Assembly: GCA_030141605.1 (NCBI GenBank)
Contig: JAQGDQ010000131.1
Coordinates: forward strand, 372,001-436,000
DNA: 64,000 nt
Reading direction: 5' to 3'
From: Tubiluchus corallicola
Taxonomy: Eukaryota > Animalia > Priapulida
In this document: in pieces, positions 39,101-50,600 of the stretch
How the letters are laid out: each line of letters starts with the position of its first letter
Position numbering within the stretch: position 1 is the stretch's first letter
Position numbers and translations under genes: made by a program
Notes under the pieces: model-generated
Database searches by the model: none
Seen by the model: the letters and a program-made list of their open reading frames with translations, nothing else
What the model was told of the DNA's origin: nothing

Positions 39101-41719
39101 AAAAGGTTCTGAAGCACTAAGTGTTTATATTGCACGAAAACCAGATGATGTCATTTTTCGTCTAAAATTATTACCCAAGCGTAAAGTAATCACGACTTTA
39201 AATTGATTTTACTAATTACACGAGATGCTTATCACAATTTTCTTGCTGAAACTTTCTAACATTTTCCGAAATATTAAAATAAGCTAAACTTCCCGAGAGA
39301 CTTGGTTTTCGCTTTAAAGTTGTCAGTTACTACAATAAATTGCAATTTTGTTCAACTGATTTCATTGCGAGATACTTATAATGTGTTGCGAACATGACGT
39401 TGTACTGCTCTTTTACGAGACAGTTTGCCATTTTATAAGTTTGGAAGTTCACTGTGTGAAGATACTGAACTAAATATAAAAACACATACTATGAAGTTAG
39501 AACTACTGTCGTATTAATAATGAAGACACTAACTGAGCTGAAACAGCAAATGCATTTTGTAATTACTGACCCAAATTTTAATTTTTTAGGCATTATCACT
39601 TTATAACTTTGCACCTATGTCAGAATTCAACAACGGCAGAGTCCATTGGAGAATTTCAACCCCGTCAACAAAGTGATTTGACTGGTTGCCTGGTCAGCAA
39701 CTTTACAGACAAAATAATTACCAGCCTATTGGTTTTACAGCTAAATTTAATCAGTTGGCGACTGAAGTGTGCTCTTTTTACCTTATAAAGCAAATAAAAA
39801 AACGAAAAACAGGTAAAATACCTTCTAATGTTGTTTTAACATGATGCTTAGAATCAGTTTTTTTCTCATAGATTCTGACTGCAGGGTTGAATCTACTAGT
39901 TTCAGCAAGCACAGCTGTTTGTTCAATCAGTCTCTGCAAATATCAAAAAATCAATATTATGTAATATGTATTAAATTTCATGAAACATCTGGTTTCATAT
40001 TTCTCACAGAATTTCAAGTTGTACAAACCTAAAATCTTTACTAAGTTCATAGACTTACATTTTATGTTAAGTCAAACATTTTAAGCTATACAAAGTAATT
40101 TTGTGCGGACTAAAGTATATACCTAAATTAAATACTATGCGAGCTAGAAACGTTTATGAATTTTATGAGGAAGACTAGACGCAGAAATTTCCGGGCTTAT
40201 AAATTGCGCTATAATTTAAATCATTACTGGCTTTTTGGAGCAGCATGTCGGCTTTGTTTGAGAATAAGTGTTTATTTTATAACCACGAAACACCAGATAT
40301 TGCTAGTGTACACATAAATATAAAAAAGTTAAAGGAAAGTTAAAGATGATTGTGTAAACATTAATTCACAATAAAGAATGTTCTAAAATATTGAAAACTA
40401 CAATAGCTTTTTTTAAATCAAAACTTAGGTTAAATAATAATTACCTCGGATACTCGAATTTCGTTAAACTTTCAAAGCTACGCGCGGCTCAGTGAATCTA
40501 CTAAAATTGGCAGCGGTACCTTTTTGTCACATTCGCATGGCCGACAAAGAGAAGGCGGTACCGTGATCATGATCATAAACTGCAGTGTTAGTTTCTGATG
40601 TCATACGATGTAAAGCCTATTTTTCGTGACATCATGCATTTAAACAGTACTGCAACACTTATGCAAAAGTGCTTAAAGAGCAAGGCAAGGCGCCTGCCAT
40701 TAAACAAACTGTGTGATAGTGTAAGCAATAGCTGTGTTCGGTTGCCGTTAATTAACTTTCCAAGCTAATTATTTAAATATAAGGAACAATTGTTAACTTT
40801 TATAGGCAAGAAAATTTACATTTTGGACAGTAAATTAAAACGAGATTGAGTCTAAACAATCGTCCGGTCTTCCTTTAATGCTACCTACATTACTTTTCTA
40901 CTTTAGATCAGTTACAATAGGGCAACTGATAATGCCATAAGTTTTTATACTTCAATCTACTACATGTTCATTTCCAATCTAGTATTACCTTCCAGCTAAT
41001 GAGATAACAAGTAGTAGTAAATACAGACAGTGACGTTATAAATAAATAGTGCCTACTTGGTAATGTGCCTTACTACGAAATAAAGCCATAAATTTCCTAA
41101 CCCTTTCCCATCAATCCTGACCCTGCATAATTCACTTGCAATGGTGCATTGCAAACAAGGCTTTGAAGTTCAATTCGCAAAATATTTAGCCAACCCTTTT
41201 CCGGTTTACAATATATGCATACTCCATGTAGTGTCAGAGATGGTTATTAACTCTTCTTCTTCTGATTTTTCGAAAAAGAGAGTAACATTGATCAGAGATT
41301 AGATCAAAGTTTGTAAAGATCAGAAATCAGATCAAAGTTTGTAAAAATAAGACATATTTAAAATACAAAAGTTAAAACCGAAAAACTTTTGGAAAAATTA
41401 ATGTACTACTAATGACAAGTTTTAGTAATAAAAGTACAGGTTACAGAAGTACAACTGATGCTTACTAGGCTAAAATAACTGATAAAATCCAAAATAAAAG
41501 AAGTTGATATCTACGTACGTAAGTTCAAACATCGACATTTGTGGTAACATAAAAAACATATAAGATACAAAATATTACATATTTAAAATAATATGTACAG
41601 GTAAATAAAGTAATGGTACTTTCACAGCTTACCTGTGATTGAGTATGACATAATGAACAGTAGTACATTCCATCTACAAGCTGAAAGTCATTTTCACCAC
41701 ATACATCACAAGACACCAT
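27114..41719 (-). CDS. TAF1B: TATA box-binding protein-associated factor RNA polymerase I subunit B (Rrn7/TAF1B); 15 coding exons, 948 aa
   Basis: Hand-spliced exons (minus): 41719-41633, 39933-39822, 38406-38312, 37656-37553, 36006-35961, 35688-35242, 34993-34922, 34456-34341, 33572-33467, 32207-32069, 31583-31436, 30177-30043, 29892-29816, 29253-29141, 28163-27114. All GT-AG and phase-consistent; 2847 nt. N-terminal Rrn7 Zn ribbon CDVC...DGMYYCSLCHTQSQ, plus EAFDAVLRTQVDCLL...VVLELW, LSFLYLSLLYLDLPVLLSDIFRWITSGAVPY, RFLFNLNLPGELH, EALTVAVIIISLKLLFGLNDKTE, FVWDDW and FHKSFQWLL, all typical of TAF1B. An acceptor 15 nt upstream of the ATG (exon start 41734) implies an upstream non-coding exon. 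Confidence 0.9.
27480..28013 (-). repeat. Coding tandem repeat in the TAF1B last exon, 231 nt / 77 aa, about 2.3 copies
   Basis: ISAEFVSSSDTDEEV...KHHRLQN / ISAQFISDKETDEEV...KHHRLQN / ISPQFVSDKETDGEV. The DNA aaatattctgcagcctgtgatgtttt occurs at 27548 and 27779 (spacing 231). Confidence 0.95.
30640..30900 (-). mobile_element. LINE/SINE-type 3' end with stem-loop and (ATT)n tail, inserted into a ~140-bp tandem duplication in TAF1B intron 11
   Basis: (AAT)n at 30637-30659; hairpin aaagggcagc (30725-30734) / gctgcccttt (30760-30769). The flanks 30545-30640 plus 30901-30945 are repeated uninterrupted at 30947-31085. Confidence 0.6.
32745..32960 (-). mobile_element. LINE APE endonuclease N-terminal remnant in TAF1B intron 9
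   Basis: Frameshifted LKIGT / IKTL / VKLDKNLK / FYLLQE, resembling LKIGTWNVRTL...D...LQE. Confidence 0.4.
36626..37059. mobile_element. piggyBac-like non-autonomous remnant in TAF1B intron 4
   Basis: TTAA-CCCTTTCAGTCCC start (36626-36642), two copies of the palindrome GTATCCC-AC-GGGATAC (36757-36772, 37034-37049), and an end at acagg-TTAA (37059). Confidence 0.45.
38668..39317. mobile_element. Kolobok-like non-autonomous element in TAF1B intron 2
   Basis: TTAA-aggaagaaccaa ... ttggttttcgct-TTAA: short imperfect TIRs with TTAA on both sides. Confidence 0.5.
40329..40878. mobile_element. Kolobok-like non-autonomous element in TAF1B intron 1
   Basis: TTAA-aggaaagttaaagatgattgtgtaaac ... gtctaaacaatcgtccggtcttcct-TTAA: imperfect TIRs with TTAA flanks. 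Confidence 0.5.
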
Positions 41720-43884
41720 GATTGAGCCTTGGGTCTAAAAAAATAACATTAAAAATAAATGTCAATGAATTATCAAAAATGCAGTTATAAAATTAAGCTT
41801 AATAAAATTGACATGAAGTTTACACAAGCAAGCTTGTCAAATTGCATGGAAACAACTAAATGATTATTCAAATATCAAAGTACAGTGCACTCCGCTCAAA
41901 AACTCCACCTTGGTGCGAAGCTAAATGGATTTATTAAGGGGGCTGGACTTCGGGCTATAAACCGAAGAAACCTATTAAATAGCATTTTCTGTGTTATTAC
42001 CATGGGCACCGCCAGAGGTTAAATAATTGGACGCACCAGCAGCTAGGGGGTCTGGGGCGACCAACGCACTTTCCTGAATTTAAGGACATTTTGGGGTGTC
42101 TCAAATGAGATCTAAATTCTGGTACATAGACTTCCACAAGCGTGAAAAATTCTGCCTTAATAAATATATATTTTACGTACATTAACCTAGTATTCTATGG
42201 TAGTAGTCATATATCTTAAAAGCAAGTTCGTAATGCACTACAATGCAGATGACCCAAAACTGATTTGAGACTTAAGTTTACAGCCCACCCACTGTTCATA
42301 CAAAATTTAATATGTTCGAGTGAGTGCTAATTTTTCCTATTGGACACAAGTTAAATGCAATTTTACTGCATTATGGACCATTTTGCGGTTGCTAGACGCT
42401 ATTTCCTCAGGCAAGTTCACCTTAAACTCGTGACTCCTAACTGTGACTCACTACTACTGTGAAAGGGGGTCCCAAGCCCCTTGGGCCCATTCCTAAATGC
42501 AGAAGCGCAGAAGTGCAGTCTAGACAATGGAAATCGATAAGAAAATCGACACTATGTAAGTGATATACATAAACATAACTTCACTATGCAGATCAGCTGA
42601 CTGTTCAGAGATTGCGCAAATAAACAAGGGGTTGACGTGTGTCTTGGATTACTGCTAAAAACTTTTTTTAGCCATAAAAAAATTTTCTTAAGAAATTCTG
42701 TGGACGCACGTGCGTCAATGCGTCCGTCTGCCGGCGGTTATTACAGTACATACTGTACTAGCACAGACGATAACAAATTATTATTACCAGTTGATTGCAG
42801 GCTTATTTTAAATACTTTTTGTTTTACATATATTTTGTCTATTATCTGAAATCAAAATTGACAGAAGTACGTTTAGAAATATATTACTGAATGTATATTC
42901 GAAAGAGCGACTAAAATCCAGCTCAATATGCAAAAGCAATAATGCGGCAACGCTGGCTATACGAAGATAAAACTATAATTATAATCTCCTTGAGAATTAT
43001 TACGTATGTATTTTGTAGTTAGATTACGTACAAAATTTTGTAACTGACTTTCATGCAAAGTGTACCAAACATATTACTATTACTGTCGGGCATGTGATCA
43101 TAGGAGTAAACCTTCAACTATTACGATAACTGTACTTTCAACAAGCCAGTGTGTATCCTACTAATAACAGTCATAGTCATCTAAAGCATTGTAATCTGCC
43201 ATGATTAATAAATAATTAACATTAATTTTATAACAATTGATGGGGTAGCTGCAAAGGTGAATTAAAGGTGAGTTAATAACAGTATCCAATATTACTATTA
43301 CTAATATTAGTATTACTATCAATGATAATGGGGCAGCCAAATTCTCAATTATTTTGATGAATAATATACTTATACTAGTCAATCTAGACCTTATAATAGC
43401 TAGTAACTAAGCAGCAGTATGTTAGTTTCTTTATAATATAAACACAACAGTATATAATACCTGTATATATTTTTATTTTGTACTTGCCAATAAAAATGTA
43501 ATGTTAATTTCATACATGAGCAATAAACTGAATTGAATTATCGTACATTCGTTTTACATTTAATATGCCGTTTCGTTTTACATTTACATTTAATTTACAA
43601 TTCCACCAGCGGCAGTGGAATTGGATGCCCAAAAACCTGAATCATGTGAAATAACACCAACTGTGAAAGATTTACAGTCTGCAGCAGCGCTTGCTTTCAA
43701 CTCTTTTCTTCATGACTAAACATACATGTATGTTTATCCACTTTTGCTAGCTACAAGCGAAAAAATATTTTTTTTTCTTCCTGTGGCTCTAGGTCATAAT
43801 CATAATATTAATTTTAAATACGTAAAGTTTAACTTATTATTTAAAGATAGTCGCGTGAGTCTCTTCTTTCCCATTATTGAACAT

Positions 43885-44447
43885 TACCGTATTTTCCCGT
43901 GTATAAGAGACCCCTTCAATTTTTAGGCAAAAATTCTGGAAAAAAGTTTTTTGGTAATGAATAACTTTATTCATCATAGAAATCATTAAATTCCTCATCA
44001 CTCTCATCAAAAATATCAACTGCAATTCCAGCCAGTTCATCATCAGAGGAGTCACTCTGCTCAAAAATGGCATTGTCCTCTGTGCCGTCCATGGCATTGG
44101 AGATGCCACACTTCTTGAAAGATTTAATAATGACCTCTGGCTTTACACCATTCCATGCCTTGAGGACCCAGCTGCAGACTTCTCCAAGGGTTGGCTTTCT
44201 TATCTTGCCAGTTGGTGTCAGATTGGAGTCGGCATCTTGCATCCACTTCGTGATTAATATTAATAATTTTATCATTAGAATTTAGCCATGGAGAAGATTT
44301 ATTGAAAGGAAACTATAATTATTCGAAATAAAACAGTTGTAGAGCACTTATTTCTTTAAAATCATTAGTGTCACAATTTATGCATCTGATTGAAAAGACT
44401 TACTCCCGTGTATAAGAGACCCCAAAAAAAACACAAAAAAGGGTCTC
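43885..44447 (-). mobile_element. pogo-like DNA transposon, internally deleted, keeping the transposase C-terminus
   Basis: TIR taccgtattttcccgtgtataagagacccc at 43885. A direct subterminal copy cccgtgtataagagacccc is at 44405 and a truncated inverted gggtctc at 44441. ORF 43967-44275 reads TPTGKIRKPTLGEVCSWVLKAWNGVKPEVIIKSFKKCGISNAMDGTED plus an acidic tail, typical of pogo DDE C-termini. Confidence 0.85.
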
Positions 44448-44591
44448 AACACAAAATACTTTATTTTTCATAAACTAAGTAACACATTCGTATTAATAAT
44501 TCAATTTTCATTCGTTTTAAATGCAAAATCTGATAATTTTTAATTGCTTGGCACATGCGCATTTATTAATTAATTATATTAGTAATAATTC

Positions 44592-44763
44592 TGAGAGGGT
44601 GGCTGACTCCATAACTTATACTTAGTTCTTTCGCCACCCTTTCACCTACTTTACTCAATAATCAATAATTACTTTTGGCATGTTGTACAGAATTATAAAT
44701 CATTTAGTTATGTATTTTGCTATTTTAAAAATGGTGATAAACTAATAAACTTACTTATTTACT
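44592..44763 (+). mobile_element. LINE/SINE-type 3' end: stem-loop, AATAAA, (CTTA)n tail
   Basis: 12-bp stem 44592-44603 / 44633-44644, AATAAA at 44744, then cttacttatttact. A homologous copy is at 60859-61043. Confidence 0.55.
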
Positions 44764-47654
44764 ATGCGAACAAAAATAACATTTTATATGCAAAATTTAA
44801 AAAAAAACATCTACGCATTTACCAGGTCTTTAGCGCGGAATTTATTATGATTTTAATTGTAGGGCGCGGAGTACGCCACTAGCCGACATACGACACTACC
44901 GCTAAAACGCATGTGCTAAATTTGCGGAGAAGCAGTGTACTACATCGGTAGTCCAAGTAGGGCACTAGCGATTTCTGTCGAGTATTATGACATAATAAAA
45001 CATAAACCTAAATTTGCTGTAGAAAAAGAGTAACTTTATAATAATGATGGACAGCCCTTGACAATTTACAAATGTATTTTTTACAATAATCAATAACATT
45101 AAACTAAGTATCTAATGCTTTAAAGAAAAAAACTCTGTAGGGTACATAGCTCGCCAGCCCATTTACTTAGTAGAAAACAATTATTTGTCTAAGAGGTAGT
45201 GAAATGGAAGTGTCTGTGAAGCCTAAAAAGCGGGCTTATTTCACTTCAAAAAGAATACTATCTGAGCTAAGCCAAATTTAATATTGGCCGTCCCATTAGC
45301 TCAGAAAAAAGTTTTTTTTATTTTATCAGATATATAGTAAATTATTCAACCTGTACTGACGTTTTCAATCATTACTATTATTAAATAAACAAAGACATCG
45401 GACGCTGCCAATACGTCCGTGACCTATGTCTAGTGTCCTACTTGGGCAGCCCCCATGTACACGCGTCCTATTTGGGCTAGCCCATGTACGCCAATAGTCC
45501 TACTTTGGCTAGTGTCCTACTCCGCTCCAAACGTTAATAACAACAGCTATTGGCAAGCTAGATGTGTAGTTTTGTGTACTACCCACCAGGCAAAAGCAAG
45601 TGAAAATTTTCTTCGCCCAGAGTGTAGTGCACTTGGAAGATACGGCCATTGCCAACGTCCATTACGGAGTAATAGAAAAATATGATACCACTAAGTAAGG
45701 GACCAGGCCAGCTTTAAATTTGGTCAGTTGGTACTGCTATGTCCCATAAACACAAATAAAGCATGATAGGCCATTTATATACTTTTATTACAAAAACATG
45801 ATAAATATAAAACTATAATAATTGCATTCCATTATTCATCCCATTAACAATTCCATGTGACGTACTGCCAACGCCAGGCATACTTATGATATTACCGCAT
45901 CATAAGTGCAATCCAAGCAGTGTACTTTTTGGGCTCAATGTCATTGTACCTTTTGAAACAGTCGCCTGCAGAGGGTGAACATTTCCCAAATTCAAAACTT
46001 GCCTGGAAGTACATTCAAAATCTGTTACTGTCACCAAAATTTTATATGCTACTAAAAGGTGCTCAACCTAACTGTCAAGACAAGTAATATTACGGCACTG
46101 TCTGCATGCTCGTACTCTATACTTAATAATAGCAGATCGGAGTTGGAATGGCGTAGCCTATTTTTAATCAAAATGTGAAGTTTTTATAACAAATTCTTAT
46201 ACTTTGTTTATACTACGTATTTTTTGTTTTAATTGATTTCCAATTTCCAGATCATTCTCCAAATAATAATTTCTACGTCGTTAGATCTTTATTGCTTTAG
46301 TATGTAACTGTCAATTATTAAAATGTGTAAATGCTAGCTTACAATTGTTTTAAACGCAAGTTTTTACATTGTAATCATTTTAAATCCGTTTTATATAATT
46401 ACTGTATTTGCTTTAAGGTGCGTTTTATATGTATGTATCCTGCTTCAATTTTGTACTTGTAACGTAATTTTGATATGGCTGCATGTCCTTGATTGTATGT
46501 AAACTTGTTTTAATTATTTTATGAATAAACAGCATGAATAAAAGTGACAATTCATTAGCTGTTCAATTCCAACATTACAAGTGTGGTCTTATTACTTTAC
46601 TATGTCTGATCTTACTATGATCTTTTGATTGGAGCTGATAAATAATGCATTATTTTATCCACTACAGGATTTTCAACATGTCTTAATCATTTCGTATTTA
46701 ACTCCAAATGTTTGTAAGCTTATAATTGTATGTACGGATTTGAAATAACTGAGCCACAGCATTTGAAATAAATAAACTCAACTCGAACTTTCATTAAAGT
46801 TTATAGCAAAACATGGTTTTTTTGTACCCTAGTTTAGAGGAAGGATTATAATGCATCTGAGCACGTTGAAGACACCACTGTAGCAGTGCCAGCTCCTGTA
46901 TCACCAAAGATTATTTCTGACAATTAGCAGTTAGCAGTGTTCCTGTCCTGCCACAACTATCAATAATAGTCAGGTGTTTGTTAAGTGTTGTATAACAGAA
47001 GCTATGGTATGCTATTGTACAGAATGCATAATACATAATGGAGATATAATGTATTTATAATTCTATGTATTATACGATCAGTATTTAAAACCGCAGCAGC
47101 TAAAACAACAATAACAACAACAGCATCATCAGCAATAAATCATTAATTTTAATTGGCCCTGTTTTGATTAATGCATGTAAGTGGTTATAGACTCGTTCAT
47201 GGGCAATACTAAAACAAAAAATGGACAAAGGGTATAAACTTTTTGATAATTTCAAGAATGCATGGTGATGAATTCGTGCATATACATGAATTAGCATTTA
47301 CATGAAAATTTACGTTTAATTGCAAGTGATTTTGCAGATAAGAGCATGCCTGTAGACTCCAAAATATGGGTATTAGTGGGGCCCAATTAAAATCTCACAT
47401 GACATAACCGCAGTAATATTACAGTAAGTGCCATTAATTCCTATTTTTTTCAATCAACTCAGAAGTATGTATTTGCTATTCATCAAAGTGGGGAAGGAAG
47501 CAATAAAAATATATAAGGAATAATATCTTTTGCAGAATAAATTTAATAAATTATTTTATCCTGTATGGAATGTCGGTATAAATAATTTATGTTCACAAAA
47601 TAAATATCCATTTTTTCCACAGTTTGTTTTGAAGAGCTTGTGGTAGCAAACCGT

Positions 47655-50600
47655 CTAAAGCGACGAAGGCATGCACTTAAATCTTTCAAATGCAGCCTTC
47701 TCAAGCATTTCTCTGTGCTGCGGATGTGCAACATTGATTAATGCATGTGCTCTTTCCAGCAGGGTCTTGCCAAACAGGAAAGCAATGCCATATTCAGTGA
47801 CGACATAGTGAACATGGGCTCGTGTAGTTACAACTCCAGCACCTATAAATAAAAAGGAAGAAAAAAGATTACTCTTGTATGTGACATGCTTAGTTGCTTC
47901 TTACTGTTTAACTAATATGCATGCATTTAAGCTCATTAAACAGATATTGTAAGTTGGCACGAAATTTGAAAATTTACTTTACTTAAAAATTTGAAAGCCC
48001 AGGAGGCCAAGGCTTAAGCTTGCACATCAATTACAAAACATGGCAGTGGGTATAAAAGATTTATAAACTCCCACAACTTAATAATATACGATGTACTAAT
48101 TTTGTTAATTTGTCTTTTCACCTACAATTATTTAGTGTAAAATAATCTAATTGAATTTAATGGTGCATCTAACTTGATTTTTTACAGACCCTGGACTACA
48201 TTCATCTCTGGCACTAATTTATAGCAAAGCCTTATATAGTAAATCCTCGCTTAACGACCGTAATGCGTTCCAGCAAACTGCATCATCGCTAAATGAAACA
48301 TTGTTTTCCATAAGAAACAATGTAAAAGCACTCAATTGCACTCCGGAAGCAAAAATCAGTAGTGCTTGGCTATGTAAAAACGTTCAGTTATGAACTAAAA
48401 ATTAAATTTGAAACCCAGCTGCCTCTCCTTGTTCAGCTTCTTCTTCCTCCTTTTCTGCTTGTAAATAAAAGAACTTATTGCTGGCTGTTTTGATTTTTTC
48501 CTTTTTTCAGCCAACACTTCCTTGTAATCCTTGCAACCTAAACCTAAACCTAAGTTTAATCAGAGTAGTCCTACTACCCACCTTGATGTACGCAGTAGCA
48601 GCCTGATTCAACAAAACGCCAACAGCGTTTGATCACTTGTTATATGACGTCTTAAAACAGCCGTGGATGTTGGATATAATCCATATAAAAGAGAGCTCGA
48701 GCTGATTTGTGGGGTTCCACCTAGAGGTTATGTACTCAGATACTGTGAGCAAACTTACCCTAAAAACGCTATCGAAACTACCAGAGGACTTGGTAAGATG
48801 CAAAGTAGCCAGCGCTGATTTAGCACTAAGTCAAGCTCTGTATACCAAATTGTTTCTAGCTGAACATATAGCTAAAACTAATAATGCTTTCTAAAAACAG
48901 TGAAAAATATAAATATAAAACGAAACGTGTGCATAATGGATGTGGTTAGTAGACAAATACGGAAATATACAAAGAAAGACACTGAGAATTCAAAAAGGCG
49001 ATGTGAGAAAGAAAATTACATCACACTAATCAACTTGCAGGAGACCAACCAGAGATAATACCAGTACACCTGAAGCCTAGCAGACTATCTCTTGAAAAAT
49101 ATTGCTCGGGAGAGGTACCAAAAGTTTCATGAGTCATCTACGTCTGATGGAAACGGATCATTGTCCATGTGATGGAGGTGCACAGATGTCAGTACATCTG
49201 ATCTTCGAATGCCAACTAATCAGACAAAATCTGAGAGAAGCCATATCTGCGTCAACCCTTCAAGAGAGCCCAAAGAGATATATCGACTACAAGATATTAA
49301 TATCTTTAAATTATACATAGATATTGTAAAAGAACTAGTACAAGATTAAGTGATAACGAAATTTAAAAACTTAGCAGGAAATACTAGATTATATAAATTA
49401 AACTCTAGGCCTTGGTATAGAAAGTTTTCCAGAATGCTCGACTATTGAACTCCTCATTCTCGTAATCCTTGCAACGCCTGGCATTGCACTTTTTGCACTC
49501 GCTCTTGTTTTTCCAGCATTTCTGTGAATTGTCTTGACAGTTGGCGGTGGTATATTTAAAGCCTTAGTAATGTCTACTGCTTTTTCACCAGCATCAAAAC
49601 AGTTCAAAATGTCCAATTTTGTCTCTAAGGTAATTGTTTTTCTTTTTTGTTTAACACTTGGCCATGACGGCTGAGAAATATTGCTAGTGAGTCTAGTGTT
49701 GTGTTTGCGGCAGCTAAAATGCCAATGAGATGAAATCAGCAATTAACCATGTAACATGAGCGAATTTTATCAACTGAAACTCTTGCGTTTCATTAAGATG
49801 AATTTTATCTAAAGTTCTAAACATGGGAAAGCAATGAATCATCGTAGCCTGCCTAGCTATGTCTGATTACTGTTATCAGTTTAGTTGTCTTACGATGATC
49901 TGGGTTAAGTAGAGTGTTCTTCATACAGATTTTAGATTGTAAATAAGATTTTAGTGCTTAAAGCAAGGCAAAAAATCGCCGTTAAGACGCAACATGAGAC
50001 ATCAAATGAAAAAAGGCGTCAAATAATTAGCGTCGTTAGAATGAAACAACGCTAAGTGTCAAGTCGTTAAGTGAGGACTTACTGACCCAAAAACAACTGA
50101 TATTAATACCTTTCTTCAACAAGGGCACAATCTTTGACTCCCCATTCTTTGTTATAGATTCAGTAGCTATAATAGGCTTGCCCAGTCCATCCAGTCCCAA
50201 AGCAGCACCTCTCATAAAATCAACCTGGCCGCCAACACCTGAAACCAATGTAAATATTCATTCACAGCTTTTGCCAGCTTTTTTTAAAAAAAATAAAAAA
50301 AGTGTTTGATTTTAACGCTGTTCATTTTTTTTTAACTTTTGTATCAGCTATGCACTCCAACGTGAAAGCCTACGAAATTACAAAAAAAGCCCAGTTACCT
50401 GAGTACATGTATGAGCCTAAAGAATCTGCGCAGATCTGACCTGTAAGGTCAACTTCTAAACATGTGTTTACTGCTGTCACCTTCGGGTTGCGAGCGATGT
50501 TTTTTATATCGTTGACAAACCTCAGTTCACCCATCACTGTAACAGTTGTAAACAAAACTAACTTCAACTTTTTAAAATAAGCCAAGCCAAACAACTTTTG

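Noticed and set aside
38668-40878. A single TTAA-flanked transposon enclosing TAF1B exon 2
   Set aside because: Each end has its own nearer partner (39301-39317 and 40329-40360), so these are two separate MITEs in adjacent introns.
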